Shown one piece after another: positions 27,322 through 36,248 of a DNA stretch of 64,000 nt. The notes under the pieces are model-generated. The model did no database searches, was not told the DNA's origin, and saw only the letters and a list, made by a program, of their open reading frames with translations. How positions within the stretch are numbered: the first letter of the stretch is position 1; each line of letters begins with the position of its first letter. The stretch lies in the IMG/VR virus record IMGVR_UViG_3300032397_000009, one strand, 5' to 3'. A program made the position numbers and the translations under genes. Source of the stretch: an uncultured virus (IMG/VR IMGVR_UViG_3300032397_000009). Its lineage: Duplodnaviria > Heunggongvirae > Uroviricota > Caudoviricetes.

Positions 27322-27594
27322 ATGCCGAGCACGTTCCCCCAGAGCTTTCTGTTCCCCACCGAGGAGTGGACGAGGACGACGGCCCTCTCCTGGCTGCGAA
27401 GCCACGCCTACGTCACGGAGAAGGTCGTCAGGGAAGGGAAGCACTGGAGGGCGCGGCAGTTTCCACCTGAGGAATGCAAGCCCGGCACCTACGGCACGAA
27501 GAGGTGGATCTCCCGACGTACGGCCGACGGCCGAGGTCGGTGGAAGCCCAAGAAGATCCTGGCGGTGTACTGCCGCCGGTCGTTCGAAAGGTAG
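27322..27594 (+). CDS. small basic viral protein
   Basis: QSFLF...WT...A..WL..H.Y...RARQ; start MPSTF. Confidence 0.6.
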   Translation: MPSTFPQSFLFPTEEWTRTTALSWLRSHAYVTEKVVREGKHWRARQFPPEECKPGTYGTKRWISRRTADGRGRWKPKKILAVYCRRSFER

Positions 27595-27600
27595 GAGAGC

Positions 27601-27819
27601 ATGTCCAAGAGCACCTGCAGCGCGTACCAGCGAGCGAAGGCCGCCGAGATCGCGAAGGAGATCCGCAAGGCGTCCAGGCGCGGAGACTGCGAGAGGGCGT
27701 CTCGCCTCATCTCCACGAACCAAGCGATGGGCGCCTCGCGCTGCATGCGGGTCAAGGGCTTCGCGCGGGTCGCGAAGTTGGTCCACGACTGCTACCGCCG
27801 CATCGGACAAGGAAGGTAG
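27601..27819 (+). CDS. small basic two-Cys family member
   Basis: IRKASRRGDCERA...VHDC; AGGAG RBS. Confidence 0.65.
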   Translation: MSKSTCSAYQRAKAAEIAKEIRKASRRGDCERASRLISTNQAMGASRCMRVKGFARVAKLVHDCYRRIGQGR

Positions 27820-27822
27820 ATC

Positions 27823-28401
27823 ATGCCGAAGGCGATCACGTTGACAGGACTGCGGATGGGCGCGGAGAACCCGGCTTCGGAGAACTGCCTCGCCCTGGGC
27901 GGCGAGGTCGAGATCCGCGAGGGTGACGGCGGCCAGTACGGCGTCTGCGTCTTCCCGAACGGATCCGAGTGCGAGGAGTGGTCGCTCTACCGCAAGGAGT
28001 GCGAGCCCCTCGTCGACGCCGTGCCGCTCGATCCCGGACCCGTCGGAGGGTCTTGCGCCGCGCAGGGAGCTCACGAGGTCGTCATCGGCGACATGACGTA
28101 CTGCATCTACCCGACGGCGCTCCACGGAGACGACTGCGGAAGCGGGGACTACGTCAAGGCCATCTACCAGGGCGAGGAGTGCTGCGTGCCGCCCGAGGTG
28201 GTCGCCGCCGGCCTGGCCACGCCGGTGTACTCGAAGCTTCTGAACTACGGGCTCTCCATGGGCGCAGGGGCCCTGGTGGGGCTCGTGGTGGCCGTCTCCA
28301 AGAGCAAGAAGGGGTCGGTGCGCGCAGCAGGCCTGGGCATCGGCGCGGCCGTCGGGGCCATCCTTCTCGCGATCACCTGGCCGAAGGCAAAGGGAGCTTG
28401 A
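27823..28401 (+). CDS. DUF333-like domain protein with C-terminal TM helices
   Basis: NPASENCLALGG...GVCVFPNGSECEEWSLYRKEC. Confidence 0.75.
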   Translation: MPKAITLTGLRMGAENPASENCLALGGEVEIREGDGGQYGVCVFPNGSECEEWSLYRKECEPLVDAVPLDPGPVGGSCAAQGAHEVVIGDMTYCIYPTALHGDDCGSGDYVKAIYQGEECCVPPEVVAAGLATPVYSKLLNYGLSMGAGALVGLVVAVSKSKKGSVRAAGLGIGAAVGAILLAITWPKAKGA

Positions 28402-28402
28402 A

Positions 28403-30298
28403 ATGAAAACCGCCACGATAGTAGCCCTCGGAGCCGGTGCTGCGGCAGTAGTCGGTGGTGTCGTTGTAGTTCAGAAGATCAGAAAGACAAACGCAGACAA
28501 ATTGGAATTCGAGCAGGCGGTTAAAAGTGTACAAATCGAGCAGATCGCTCCTCCGATAGAGTCGGTTTCATTCAAAAGCGTGAAGCCGAAGATCAAACCA
28601 CTACAATCCATCGAACCTCGTGGTTGGCTGGGACAACTCATAGAACACGGGGGGCGGTGTATCAATTTTTCCGTCCAGTACATGACTTCCAAGAAATACG
28701 GCGACCATTGGCACCTGTTGCCGCAGTTGCTGGCATCCAGAGACAACTGGGGAAATATGCACGCTGATTGGAAGCGCAAAACCCTCATGGTGAACAGGTT
28801 CGCCGAATGGCCATGCCCCGCGTTTCCCAGGTGTCAGCCGATGTTTGTGTCCTACGATGCTGACAGGTCGGCAAACCAGTGGGGCAAAAACGGGGGCACC
28901 GCCGAGCAGTGGCTGTCCGTGATTTCGGAGATCAAGAAGGGGCATGCTTTTAAACACGTCTCTGGTTTGGTTGACGGTGGTCGAGCTTCCGAGATGGAGA
29001 TGTACGGGGTTATGGGTACGATCTTACATCCGACGACAGATCCTACCTCAGCTCCCATACCGAAGCTTTCTACAAATTCCGACGGAATTCTCAGTGTGTC
29101 TATAGAGGGGCATTCTCATAACGTATTCCCAGCCCTTAACACGATACGCTGGGTCCAGCAATCCATGGGGAATACCCATCTGGTCAAGGACAAAGGCTTG
29201 GAGATGACTCCGATAGCTATCATGGCCGCAGCGGGGCCGGGGGCTACCACCAGAGCGTTGAAGGTGCCCAGCTACTTCCGGATGAACGATCAGAGAATGC
29301 ACACATGGTTGGATCGGATTTCCCGGTGGTACTACAACGCGCAGTGGTTGGTGTGGGCGGGAGAGATGCTGCGCCTCCACTGTCCGGACACGCGAGCCAA
29401 GTCGGCACCAGGATGGTGGCGGATGCACTGCGCCTCGTGGGCCATCGGAGTGCCTACCTTCAGCCAGCAGAAGAGCCGGGAGGTGTATTACAACAGGGAG
29501 GCAACGCTGAACACCAGCTACATTCCGCCTGAGAAGTTGCCCTATTATATTTCTCATCCTGAGGCATCTCGCGATCTCACGGAGAGAGAAATAGAAATGA
29601 TACTAAAGCTGGTCGTCCACCACACTCCTTGCCCTGGGACCGAGGGTTTCACTGGCGAGCAGATCACTTCTCCAAGTGCAAAAAGGACGCTCTGTGACAT
29701 ACCGGACGAAGCCGGATCGATGCAGCCAATCTCTTCGTTCTTGGGTGAAGACAATAACTGCTGGTGGCCCGAGTACTCCTGTACCTATTGGGCATCCAAG
29801 TCGAGTTCGTTCCAGTGGGGCAGGGACGTGCTCATGCCCGTGGTGAACGCCATCGCCTCCATCGCCTCGTCTGCCGCGGGCAGCGCTGTCTCTGCTGCGG
29901 CCAACGCCGCCACGCAGGTCGTCGAGAAGATAGTCCTCAAGGTCTGCACCACAATGATCCAGGCCTTGGGACGCATGGCCCAGGGAAACAAGCCGTTCAA
30001 CGCAGGGGACATCGTCGGGGCGGTGGGCGACGCGCTGAACATGTCCGGGGTGGCCGACGCGATAGATCTGAAACAGATTCCAGACGGTTTGTGGTCTGCC
30101 CTGAAGAACGCGGGGGAGGCGCTGCCCAAAATCTCGGGTGTCGACTGGGAGGAGATGAAAAACTCGCTGCTCAGTGCCCAGTCTCAGCTATCGAATTTGA
30201 GGGACAACCTCCACTGGGACTACCTGGATCAGGCGTATGGAGGTTTGGGTTTGGGAGGAGCGGAGCAGGACGCCTTTGACCACAACCCGATAAGTTGA
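28403..30298 (+). CDS. large N-anchored protein of unknown function
   Basis: 631 aa; N-terminal hydrophobic helix, Trp/Cys-rich lower-GC core. Confidence 0.7.
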   Translation: MKTATIVALGAGAAAVVGGVVVVQKIRKTNADKLEFEQAVKSVQIEQIAPPIESVSFKSVKPKIKPLQSIEPRGWLGQLIEHGGRCINFSVQYMTSKKYGDHWHLLPQLLASRDNWGNMHADWKRKTLMVNRFAEWPCPAFPRCQPMFVSYDADRSANQWGKNGGTAEQWLSVISEIKKGHAFKHVSGLVDGGRASEMEMYGVMGTILHPTTDPTSAPIPKLSTNSDGILSVSIEGHSHNVFPALNTIRWVQQSMGNTHLVKDKGLEMTPIAIMAAAGPGATTRALKVPSYFRMNDQRMHTWLDRISRWYYNAQWLVWAGEMLRLHCPDTRAKSAPGWWRMHCASWAIGVPTFSQQKSREVYYNREATLNTSYIPPEKLPYYISHPEASRDLTEREIEMILKLVVHHTPCPGTEGFTGEQITSPSAKRTLCDIPDEAGSMQPISSFLGEDNNCWWPEYSCTYWASKSSSFQWGRDVLMPVVNAIASIASSAAGSAVSAAANAATQVVEKIVLKVCTTMIQALGRMAQGNKPFNAGDIVGAVGDALNMSGVADAIDLKQIPDGLWSALKNAGEALPKISGVDWEEMKNSLLSAQSQLSNLRDNLHWDYLDQAYGGLGLGGAEQDAFDHNPIS

Positions 30299-30330
30299 GG
30301 TGAACGAAGACAAACAACTTGTCAAGATTA

Positions 30331-30359
30331 CTGACAAGACCGTCTCGGATCTCTAGGAT
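30331..30359 (+). promoter_or_regulatory. sigma70-like promoter with overlapping inverted repeat
   Basis: CTGACA-N17-TAGGAT; CTTGTCA-N7-TGACAAG at 30318-30338; AGGAGG RBS follows. Confidence 0.5.
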
Positions 30360-30377
30360 CCGCGTAGGAGGACGAAA

Positions 30378-31169
30378 ATGGCAACGAAGTGCAAATGGTA
30401 TCCCGTCGCGCTGGAGGCAGTTCCGCCCGAGCTGATGACCGGTGACGGCAAGATCAACGAGGGGATGTTCGTCGGCGGCGACGCCGCGGCTGCCGCGGTG
30501 GGCTCCGAGAACTTCGGCATCATCCGGGACGCGGTCGTCTCGGAGTTCGTGGGCGGCGGCGAGAGCAGGGACGACGCCATCGCGGTCTACCTGCAGGCCA
30601 GCGTCAGCATCGCCTCCCTGGGCAGCGACAGGTTCGCCCTGGTCGACGCCTCGGGGGTCGAGGCCTACCCGTGGGCCGGCATGTACAAGCTGCAGTGCCT
30701 CAGCGCCAGCGTCGTGATGGGGAAGGCCCCGTGGCTCATCGGCGGCGCGATCGTCGTCGGCGCGGCCGGGTACTTCGTCGGCTCGAAGTGGAACAAGGGC
30801 AAGAAGAAGGGGATCGGCACGGGCTCGCTCCTGGGCGCGGCCTCGGGCGCGGCGCTCGGCCTCGGCGTCGGCCTCCTCGCCTCGAACCTCTCGATACCGT
30901 CGATGTACAAGTCGGCCGGGCTCGGGGCAGTCGCGCACAAGGCGTACAGGTGGCAATTCTTGACGGACGGGGAGTTCGCCACGATGGAGGGGGGCAACAT
31001 GCACAACTGGACGAAAGTGCGGAGGCGTCCGCACCTGCCCAAGACCCCGAATCCGATCCTGTTCCACGTACGCGGAAACAATACGGGATATTACTACGCG
31101 CTGGGAGACGAATACGCCTATCTGCTATTGCGATGGAACGGCTCGTCCTGGGTCAGGGTGAAGGCGTAG
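30378..31169 (+). CDS. membrane protein with two central TM helices
   Basis: TM-KGKKKG-TM arrangement. Confidence 0.7.
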   Translation: MATKCKWYPVALEAVPPELMTGDGKINEGMFVGGDAAAAAVGSENFGIIRDAVVSEFVGGGESRDDAIAVYLQASVSIASLGSDRFALVDASGVEAYPWAGMYKLQCLSASVVMGKAPWLIGGAIVVGAAGYFVGSKWNKGKKKGIGTGSLLGAASGAALGLGVGLLASNLSIPSMYKSAGLGAVAHKAYRWQFLTDGEFATMEGGNMHNWTKVRRRPHLPKTPNPILFHVRGNNTGYYYALGDEYAYLLLRWNGSSWVRVKA

Positions 31170-31219
31170 ACATGAACTAGTAACGAGGCGGCGCGAGCCT
31201 CGAGAGGTAGGGGATCTCC

Positions 31220-31453
31220 ATGAAGGGAACCAAGGTCATCGGAGGCGTGCTCGTCGTCGCCGGGCTCGGCATCGCCGGGTACTTCGGGTACAAGCTCTAC
31301 AGCCAGACGAAGGGTGCGCCGGTCGTGAGCGGGCTCGGGGCGTTCGTCGACGGAAACTTCGTCGACCACAACGCTCTGATCGCCCACAAGTACTGGGCGC
31401 ACCAGCGCGGCCTCGAGCTCGAGCGGCGGCGCCTGCAGGCGATGGGGCGGTAG
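31220..31453 (+). CDS. small N-anchored membrane protein
   Basis: MKGTKVIGGVLVVAGLGIAGYFGY. Confidence 0.65.
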   Translation: MKGTKVIGGVLVVAGLGIAGYFGYKLYSQTKGAPVVSGLGAFVDGNFVDHNALIAHKYWAHQRGLELERRRLQAMGR

Positions 31454-31454
31454 G

Positions 31455-32204
31455 ATGAAGAGCAGCACCATCGGCGCGACGATAGGGGCCCTCTCCGGGG
31501 GGCTCGTCGCGTACTACGTCACGCGCATGAAGCCCTGGGCGACCCTCAAGAAGGTCGCTGCAGTGCTCGGCGGCGCGGCCGGTGGTGGCATCGTCGGCTA
31601 CGGCATCTCCAAGATCCCCACGGAGAGCAGGCAGTACTCGAGGGTCGGCGGCTACTACCCGCCCTACGAGTCGTCCTCGTCCGTCATCCAGGAGGCCGCC
31701 CTCGACGACCCGGTGCGTCTCAAACCGAGCACGAGGCGCTCCGCGTATCAACGGCCCAGCGACGAGCTCCGCGGCAAGATGCTGCAGTGGGTCGAGCTCG
31801 TGGGCAACCCGAAGGCGGTGTGGACGGGCAAGCCCCTGCAGAGCTCGGCCGACGTGTACCGCTACTTCCGCGACGCGCACCTCTCCCCGCAGGAGAACTT
31901 CTACGCGCTCGCCGTGAACAACGCGGGGATCCCCCTCGGGCACGTCCTGGTGTCGCGGGGATCCGCGACCGAGACGCTGATCAATCCCGCGGACGCCCTT
32001 CGACCCGCGCTGCTCTCGGGCGCGGTCCGGATCATCGTGGCGCACAACCATCCGAGCGGAGATCCGCAGCCGAGCTCGGCCGATGTCGAAGTGACGAAGC
32101 GAATCAACGAGGCCGGGAAGGCCATCGGGATCACCCTGCTCGACCATGTGGTGATCGGCAGAAACGGGTACGCGTCCCTGCGGGACATGGGTTTGTTCAA
32201 GTAA
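31455..32204 (+). CDS. RadC-like JAB/MPN domain fused to two N-terminal TM helices
   Basis: QENF...AHNHPSGDPQPSSAD...LLDHVVIG. Confidence 0.88.
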   Translation: MKSSTIGATIGALSGGLVAYYVTRMKPWATLKKVAAVLGGAAGGGIVGYGISKIPTESRQYSRVGGYYPPYESSSSVIQEAALDDPVRLKPSTRRSAYQRPSDELRGKMLQWVELVGNPKAVWTGKPLQSSADVYRYFRDAHLSPQENFYALAVNNAGIPLGHVLVSRGSATETLINPADALRPALLSGAVRIIVAHNHPSGDPQPSSADVEVTKRINEAGKAIGITLLDHVVIGRNGYASLRDMGLFK

Positions 32205-32214
32205 AGGAGCCAGA

Positions 32215-32685
32215 ATGGTAATCCATCGAGTTTCCGTTCCGACGAAAAAGAAGATTCGCAAGGCCCTGAAGGCCGCAGGACTCGCCCAGTACAGACATTG
32301 CTGGGAGCATTTCAAGATGATGTGCAACGTGTTCTACGGTCGTGGCGCCTGGAGGATCACTCCCAGGGGCGTGAGCGTGAACGGCGAGATCAAGGTTCCG
32401 GTAGAGGATTACAAGATCTTCGTCGAGAACATGCCGCGCGACACGAACCCGGAGGTGCTCAAAGAGCTCTCCGACGTGCCCAAAGAGGAGTCGGAGCCGC
32501 AGACGGACGCTCTCAAGTCTGACGATCCCAAGCCGCAGGAGGAGATCTCGTCGAAGCGCACGGAAGAGGTGGAGATCGAGGCCGACGACGAGAAGCCGAC
32601 CTTCAAGTGCTCGAAGCGCGGCTGCGACTACGTCGGCTACACGGAGAAGGCGCTCAAGGCGCACAAGACGCGGATGGATCACTGA
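32215..32685 (+). CDS. protein with C-terminal C2H2 zinc finger
   Basis: FKCSKRGCDY...LKAHKTRMDH. Confidence 0.65.
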   Translation: MVIHRVSVPTKKKIRKALKAAGLAQYRHCWEHFKMMCNVFYGRGAWRITPRGVSVNGEIKVPVEDYKIFVENMPRDTNPEVLKELSDVPKEESEPQTDALKSDDPKPQEEISSKRTEEVEIEADDEKPTFKCSKRGCDYVGYTEKALKAHKTRMDH

Positions 32686-32840
32686 TGAAGCGCGCGGGAA
32701 AGGTCACGATCAAGACGGCCCTGTTCTTCGCGGGGGCCACGGTCCTCACGGGGCTGTTCTTCGCGGCCGGATACGACCTGTACGCGTGGCTCAAGGGCAA
32801 GGCGGCCAAGCCGAGCGGCGTGCTGCCGCCCGCGGCGTAG
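32685..32840 (+). CDS. small TM protein
   Basis: MKRAGK...ALFFAGATVLTGLFFAAGY. Confidence 0.6.
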   Translation: MKRAGKVTIKTALFFAGATVLTGLFFAAGYDLYAWLKGKAAKPSGVLPPAA

Positions 32841-32849
32841 GAGACGATC

Positions 32850-33149
32850 ATGAACTTCGGCGAAATCGGGGCAGTTGCCATCACCAGCGCCATCTCGGGT
32901 GCGATCACCACGGGCACGTTCTATGCCTATGACATGGCGAAGAAGAAGAAGAAGAGCAGCCTGAAGTCGGCGATCTTCGCCGGGGCCGTCTCCGGGGCGG
33001 TCAGCCTGATCTCGGGCATGATCGCGGTCGCGTACTACAACTCGAGGCAGATCCCTCCGCAGACGGCCGGCGTGCATCGCCTGGGGCAGTACATGCCGGC
33101 TCCGCGGATCGTGACGTACGACAACACCGTACTGCGCCGCTACTCTTGA
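32850..33149 (+). CDS. two-TM protein ending DNTVLRRYS
   Basis: TM-KKKKK-TM; AGGAG RBS. Confidence 0.65.
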   Translation: MNFGEIGAVAITSAISGAITTGTFYAYDMAKKKKKSSLKSAIFAGAVSGAVSLISGMIAVAYYNSRQIPPQTAGVHRLGQYMPAPRIVTYDNTVLRRYS

Positions 33150-33188
33150 TAGAGCGCGGGCACCGAGACAGAGCGTGAAAGGAACCGA
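33119..33188 (+). repeat. 70-bp direct repeat, copy 2
   Basis: 69/70 identical to 5402-5471. Confidence 0.95.
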
Positions 33189-33190
33189 AA

Positions 33191-33643
33191 ATGAACGCAT
33201 CGAACGTGGGAAAAGTACTGGGCGCGGCTGCGCTGACCGCCATTCCGTTCACGGCCGGCTTCTACGCCTTCGGGCGCATGAAGCAGAGCAAGGCGTCCAA
33301 CGGGGCGGCGTCGCTCGTAGGCGGCCTCGTCGCGACGGTCCTCGGCGTCGGGGTGGCGTTCGCCGATTTCTATCTCCTCGGGCTTGACACCGAGAACCCG
33401 GTGATGAGCGCGGCGAGCATGGCCGGCCTCCTCAGGGCCCGGAGCCCGTTCTCGAGCTCGTCCTACGTCGTCGGGCAGCTCCCCGATCGCGTCTACGCGC
33501 CGTTCCACCCGAACTTCCGGCAGGTGGGGCTGCTCGACGTGCAGCGGGCCAAGACGCTCGGCATGCTCGCGATCCAGCGCGGCCAGAGGACGTCCAAGCT
33601 CGGCATGCTCGACGTCCAGCGCGTCGGCTGCTGCGGTCGGTAG
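33191..33643 (+). CDS. two-TM protein with triple GxLxxQR repeat
   Basis: VGLLDVQR, LGMLAIQR, LGMLDVQR; ends VGCCGR. Confidence 0.65.
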   Translation: MNASNVGKVLGAAALTAIPFTAGFYAFGRMKQSKASNGAASLVGGLVATVLGVGVAFADFYLLGLDTENPVMSAASMAGLLRARSPFSSSSYVVGQLPDRVYAPFHPNFRQVGLLDVQRAKTLGMLAIQRGQRTSKLGMLDVQRVGCCGR

Positions 33644-33646
33644 GTC

Positions 33647-33934
33647 ATGATCGGGAAGGTGCTCATCGCGGCAGGGCTCGGCATCGGCGTGTACTGGATG
33701 TACACCAGGGCCAAGCCCGAGAGGCAGTACGCCCCCAAGGGTTCTCCTCGAAATACCCGCGAGGACTACGAGGACAACGTCCCGAAGGCGTGCAAGGAGT
33801 GGCCGTTCCGGCACAAGGGGCACTGCGTGTGCCTGAATCGGTCTGCCAGGCCTCTGAGGATCAAGGGGACCAAGTGCTCCAGGCCGCTGCCCAACTGGGC
33901 AGACACGAGCAGGGCGCGCTCGAGGAAGAAGTAG
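33647..33934 (+). CDS. N-anchored basic Cys-rich protein
   Basis: TM then C...HCVC...C; ends RARSRKK. Confidence 0.6.
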   Translation: MIGKVLIAAGLGIGVYWMYTRAKPERQYAPKGSPRNTREDYEDNVPKACKEWPFRHKGHCVCLNRSARPLRIKGTKCSRPLPNWADTSRARSRKK

Positions 33935-33940
33935 GAGAAG

Positions 33941-34189
33941 ATGTCCAGCGGATACTGCAATCGCAAGACGGTCGCCATGAAACTGCGCTTGGTCCGACGC
34001 GCGCTGAAAGTATACGAGTGCAGGCTCGCGGGCAGCCTCGTGGACGGCATCAGGGAGTGCGGCGTCTCCGTGAAGCCGGGCACGTTGAGGGCGCTGGACT
34101 CGAAGGTTCGTAGCTGCCTGCGCCACAGCGGGGGACGGCAGCGGGCGTTGCGGCTGGGCTCGACACGCAGGCGGCGCAGGAGAGGCTAA
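33941..34189 (+). CDS. small basic two-Cys family member
   Basis: VRRALKVYECRLA...VRSC. Confidence 0.6.
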   Translation: MSSGYCNRKTVAMKLRLVRRALKVYECRLAGSLVDGIRECGVSVKPGTLRALDSKVRSCLRHSGGRQRALRLGSTRRRRRRG

Positions 34190-34192
34190 GAG

Positions 34193-34435
34193 ATGTCGAG
34201 CGGCATGGACAGCGACTTCCGGTACTGGCGCAAGGAACTTGCGGGCAAGGTTCGCAGGATCCGATCTCTCGTTCGTGGCGGCAAGTGTGCGGAAGCGGTG
34301 CATCTCTACAAGGAGACATTCCGCGAGAGCGGTACGAGCCTCGTCGGCTGGGATACCTGGGGCAGGCTCGGAAACGACCTCGCGAAACGGTGCAAGTTGG
34401 ACCGTCGTGGACGGCTGAAGAGGAAGAGGGGCTGA
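34193..34435 (+). CDS. small basic two-Cys family member
   Basis: IRSLVRGGKCAEA...AKRC...RKRG. Confidence 0.65.
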   Translation: MSSGMDSDFRYWRKELAGKVRRIRSLVRGGKCAEAVHLYKETFRESGTSLVGWDTWGRLGNDLAKRCKLDRRGRLKRKRG

Positions 34436-34438
34436 GAG

Positions 34439-34672
34439 ATGGCGAAGAGGCACGGCACCCTATCTCCTTCCATGCGACGGCGTGCGCTGGCGAACCGCGT
34501 GCGCGCTATCAAGGAGGCTCTGCGCCGCAACGATTGCTATCGCGCAGAGGCACTTTTTACGGATATGCAGATCCGTGTGGAGCACAGTGAGTACGGAGTA
34601 GCCCCGAGTTTTGAATCGTTCTCGTCGTTGCTCAAGAGGGTTCGCCACTGTCATAGACGGAAGAGGGGCTGA
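34439..34672 (+). CDS. small basic two-Cys family member
   Basis: IKEALRRNDCYRA...VRHC...RKRG. Confidence 0.65.
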   Translation: MAKRHGTLSPSMRRRALANRVRAIKEALRRNDCYRAEALFTDMQIRVEHSEYGVAPSFESFSSLLKRVRHCHRRKRG

Positions 34673-34675
34673 AAG

Positions 34676-34897
34676 ATGGCACGCAAGAAAAGAGTGAGCC
34701 CGCAGCGGTGGTACAACCGCAAGCATTTGTCTGTGGGAGTCAAGAACGCAGTGCGCTTCGCACGAAGAGGTCTTTGTGAGCAGGCTCACGAGGTCTACCG
34801 TGCGCTCGTCGTGTCTCCCGGCAACAAGGAGATCAAACTCGCCACCTGGGAACGGATCAAGAAAGAGATTCGTGCCTGCGACAGGCGAGAGAGGTAG
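34676..34897 (+). CDS. small basic two-Cys family member
   Basis: AVRFARRGLCEQA...IRAC. Confidence 0.65.
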   Translation: MARKKRVSPQRWYNRKHLSVGVKNAVRFARRGLCEQAHEVYRALVVSPGNKEIKLATWERIKKEIRACDRRER

Positions 34898-34900
34898 AAC

Positions 34901-35338
34901 ATGACCCTCGACAAGCGCGCAATCATCCGGATCATCGGAGCCATCGTGGGCGCCGGCGTGACCGCGGCCTTCGCGATCAAGAAGATGCAGCACAACACCG
35001 TCGGCCAGAAGGTGATCGGCGGCATGGCGACGCTCGGCGGCGCGACCGTGGGCTACTACGTCTCGGGCTGGGTGGCCGACCGGATCATGAAGGACGATGT
35101 CGAGAAGCTCCCACAGGACCAGGCAACCTCTCTGACGAGCGGCGAGACGCCGGCCGAGACGCCGAGCTCCGAGGCGGCCATGGGCGCGGTCGCGGAGCGC
35201 ACTGCTGCAGTAACCCCACCCGTGAGCCGGGAGGAAGTCGCCAAGGGCCGGGTGGTCGACATCCCTCCGGAGCCGTCGAACGTACTGCCGTTCAAGCCCG
35301 GCATGGACACGAGCGCGTTCGGAAGCGAGCAGCAATGA
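34901..35338 (+). CDS. two-TM protein with low-complexity tail
   Basis: Two Gly-rich hydrophobic helices. Confidence 0.65.
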   Translation: MTLDKRAIIRIIGAIVGAGVTAAFAIKKMQHNTVGQKVIGGMATLGGATVGYYVSGWVADRIMKDDVEKLPQDQATSLTSGETPAETPSSEAAMGAVAERTAAVTPPVSREEVAKGRVVDIPPEPSNVLPFKPGMDTSAFGSEQQ

Positions 35339-35339
35339 C

Positions 35340-36248
35340 ATGGCGTTCCTTGGCCCAAATGCCTACCTCGAGCTCGACAGGTACTACCAGGCCATCGTCG
35401 TCCTCCCCGCCGGCCTGAGCGGCGGTGAACTGTCCAAGATCTTCAAGGAGAACCACATCTGGTGGTGGGAGCTCTCGAGCGGCGACTACGAGAAGATCCC
35501 CGGAACCACCTGGCACTACGCGATGATGAAGAACGTCGGCGCGAACGTAAGGCCGTCGAGCATCCAGAGGGTGCTGGGGCCGAGCATCATCGCGATCAGC
35601 GACGCCCCGGTCAACGACGCGGTTGAGCTGTTCTTCATCGGCCTCGAGCACTGGGCAGCGTTCGGGGCCGGGTTCGACCCCGAGGAGGGCGCCACCATGG
35701 CGGCCGAGGAGCCGCTGGCCGCCAACGCCTACTACGCTGTCACGGTGGAGTGGGCCTCCAAGAGGCCGGCGCTGAAGCAGGAGGAGATCGCCGGGCTGCT
35801 CGAGCCTCTCGGGATTTCGATTTTCGACATCGACAAGTGCTTGCCGACGCTGCCCATCCCGTACTTCGAGGGCACGGGGAACCTCCTCGCCGACACCGTC
35901 AAGTACTACGAGGAGTACCCGAATTTCGCCTCGTTCGTCATGGTCGGCGGGACCGACGGTCGCACGGTGAGAGACGTCCGGGACGCGCTCGGTGCGAGGA
36001 ACATCTACGTCGCGAGGAAGAAGATCGCGGGCGTCATCGACGGCGCGGCGCTCGCGAAGCTCTGCGGGTTCTACGTCGCGCTCCAGAACATCGCGTTCTT
36101 CTCCTCGAGAACCCTCGAAGAGGTCATCAAGAAGGGCGGCAACTTGGTAGACCCGAAGAATTTCAGCGCCTTGTTCGGAGTCGCGTCGGGATTCGGGCTC
36201 GCCTGGATCGGCTACAAGATCTTCTCCCGAGGAAGGGGGAAGAGATGA
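35340..36248 (+). CDS. C-terminally anchored protein
   Basis: Ends FGLAWIGYKIFSRGRGKR. Confidence 0.7.
   Translation: MAFLGPNAYLELDRYYQAIVVLPAGLSGGELSKIFKENHIWWWELSSGDYEKIPGTTWHYAMMKNVGANVRPSSIQRVLGPSIIAISDAPVNDAVELFFIGLEHWAAFGAGFDPEEGATMAAEEPLAANAYYAVTVEWASKRPALKQEEIAGLLEPLGISIFDIDKCLPTLPIPYFEGTGNLLADTVKYYEEYPNFASFVMVGGTDGRTVRDVRDALGARNIYVARKKIAGVIDGAALAKLCGFYVALQNIAFFSSRTLEEVIKKGGNLVDPKNFSALFGVASGFGLAWIGYKIFSRGRGKR

Noticed and set aside
5402..33188. DGR template/variable repeat pair
   Set aside because: Only one synonymous mismatch although many adenines are present; no reverse transcriptase seen
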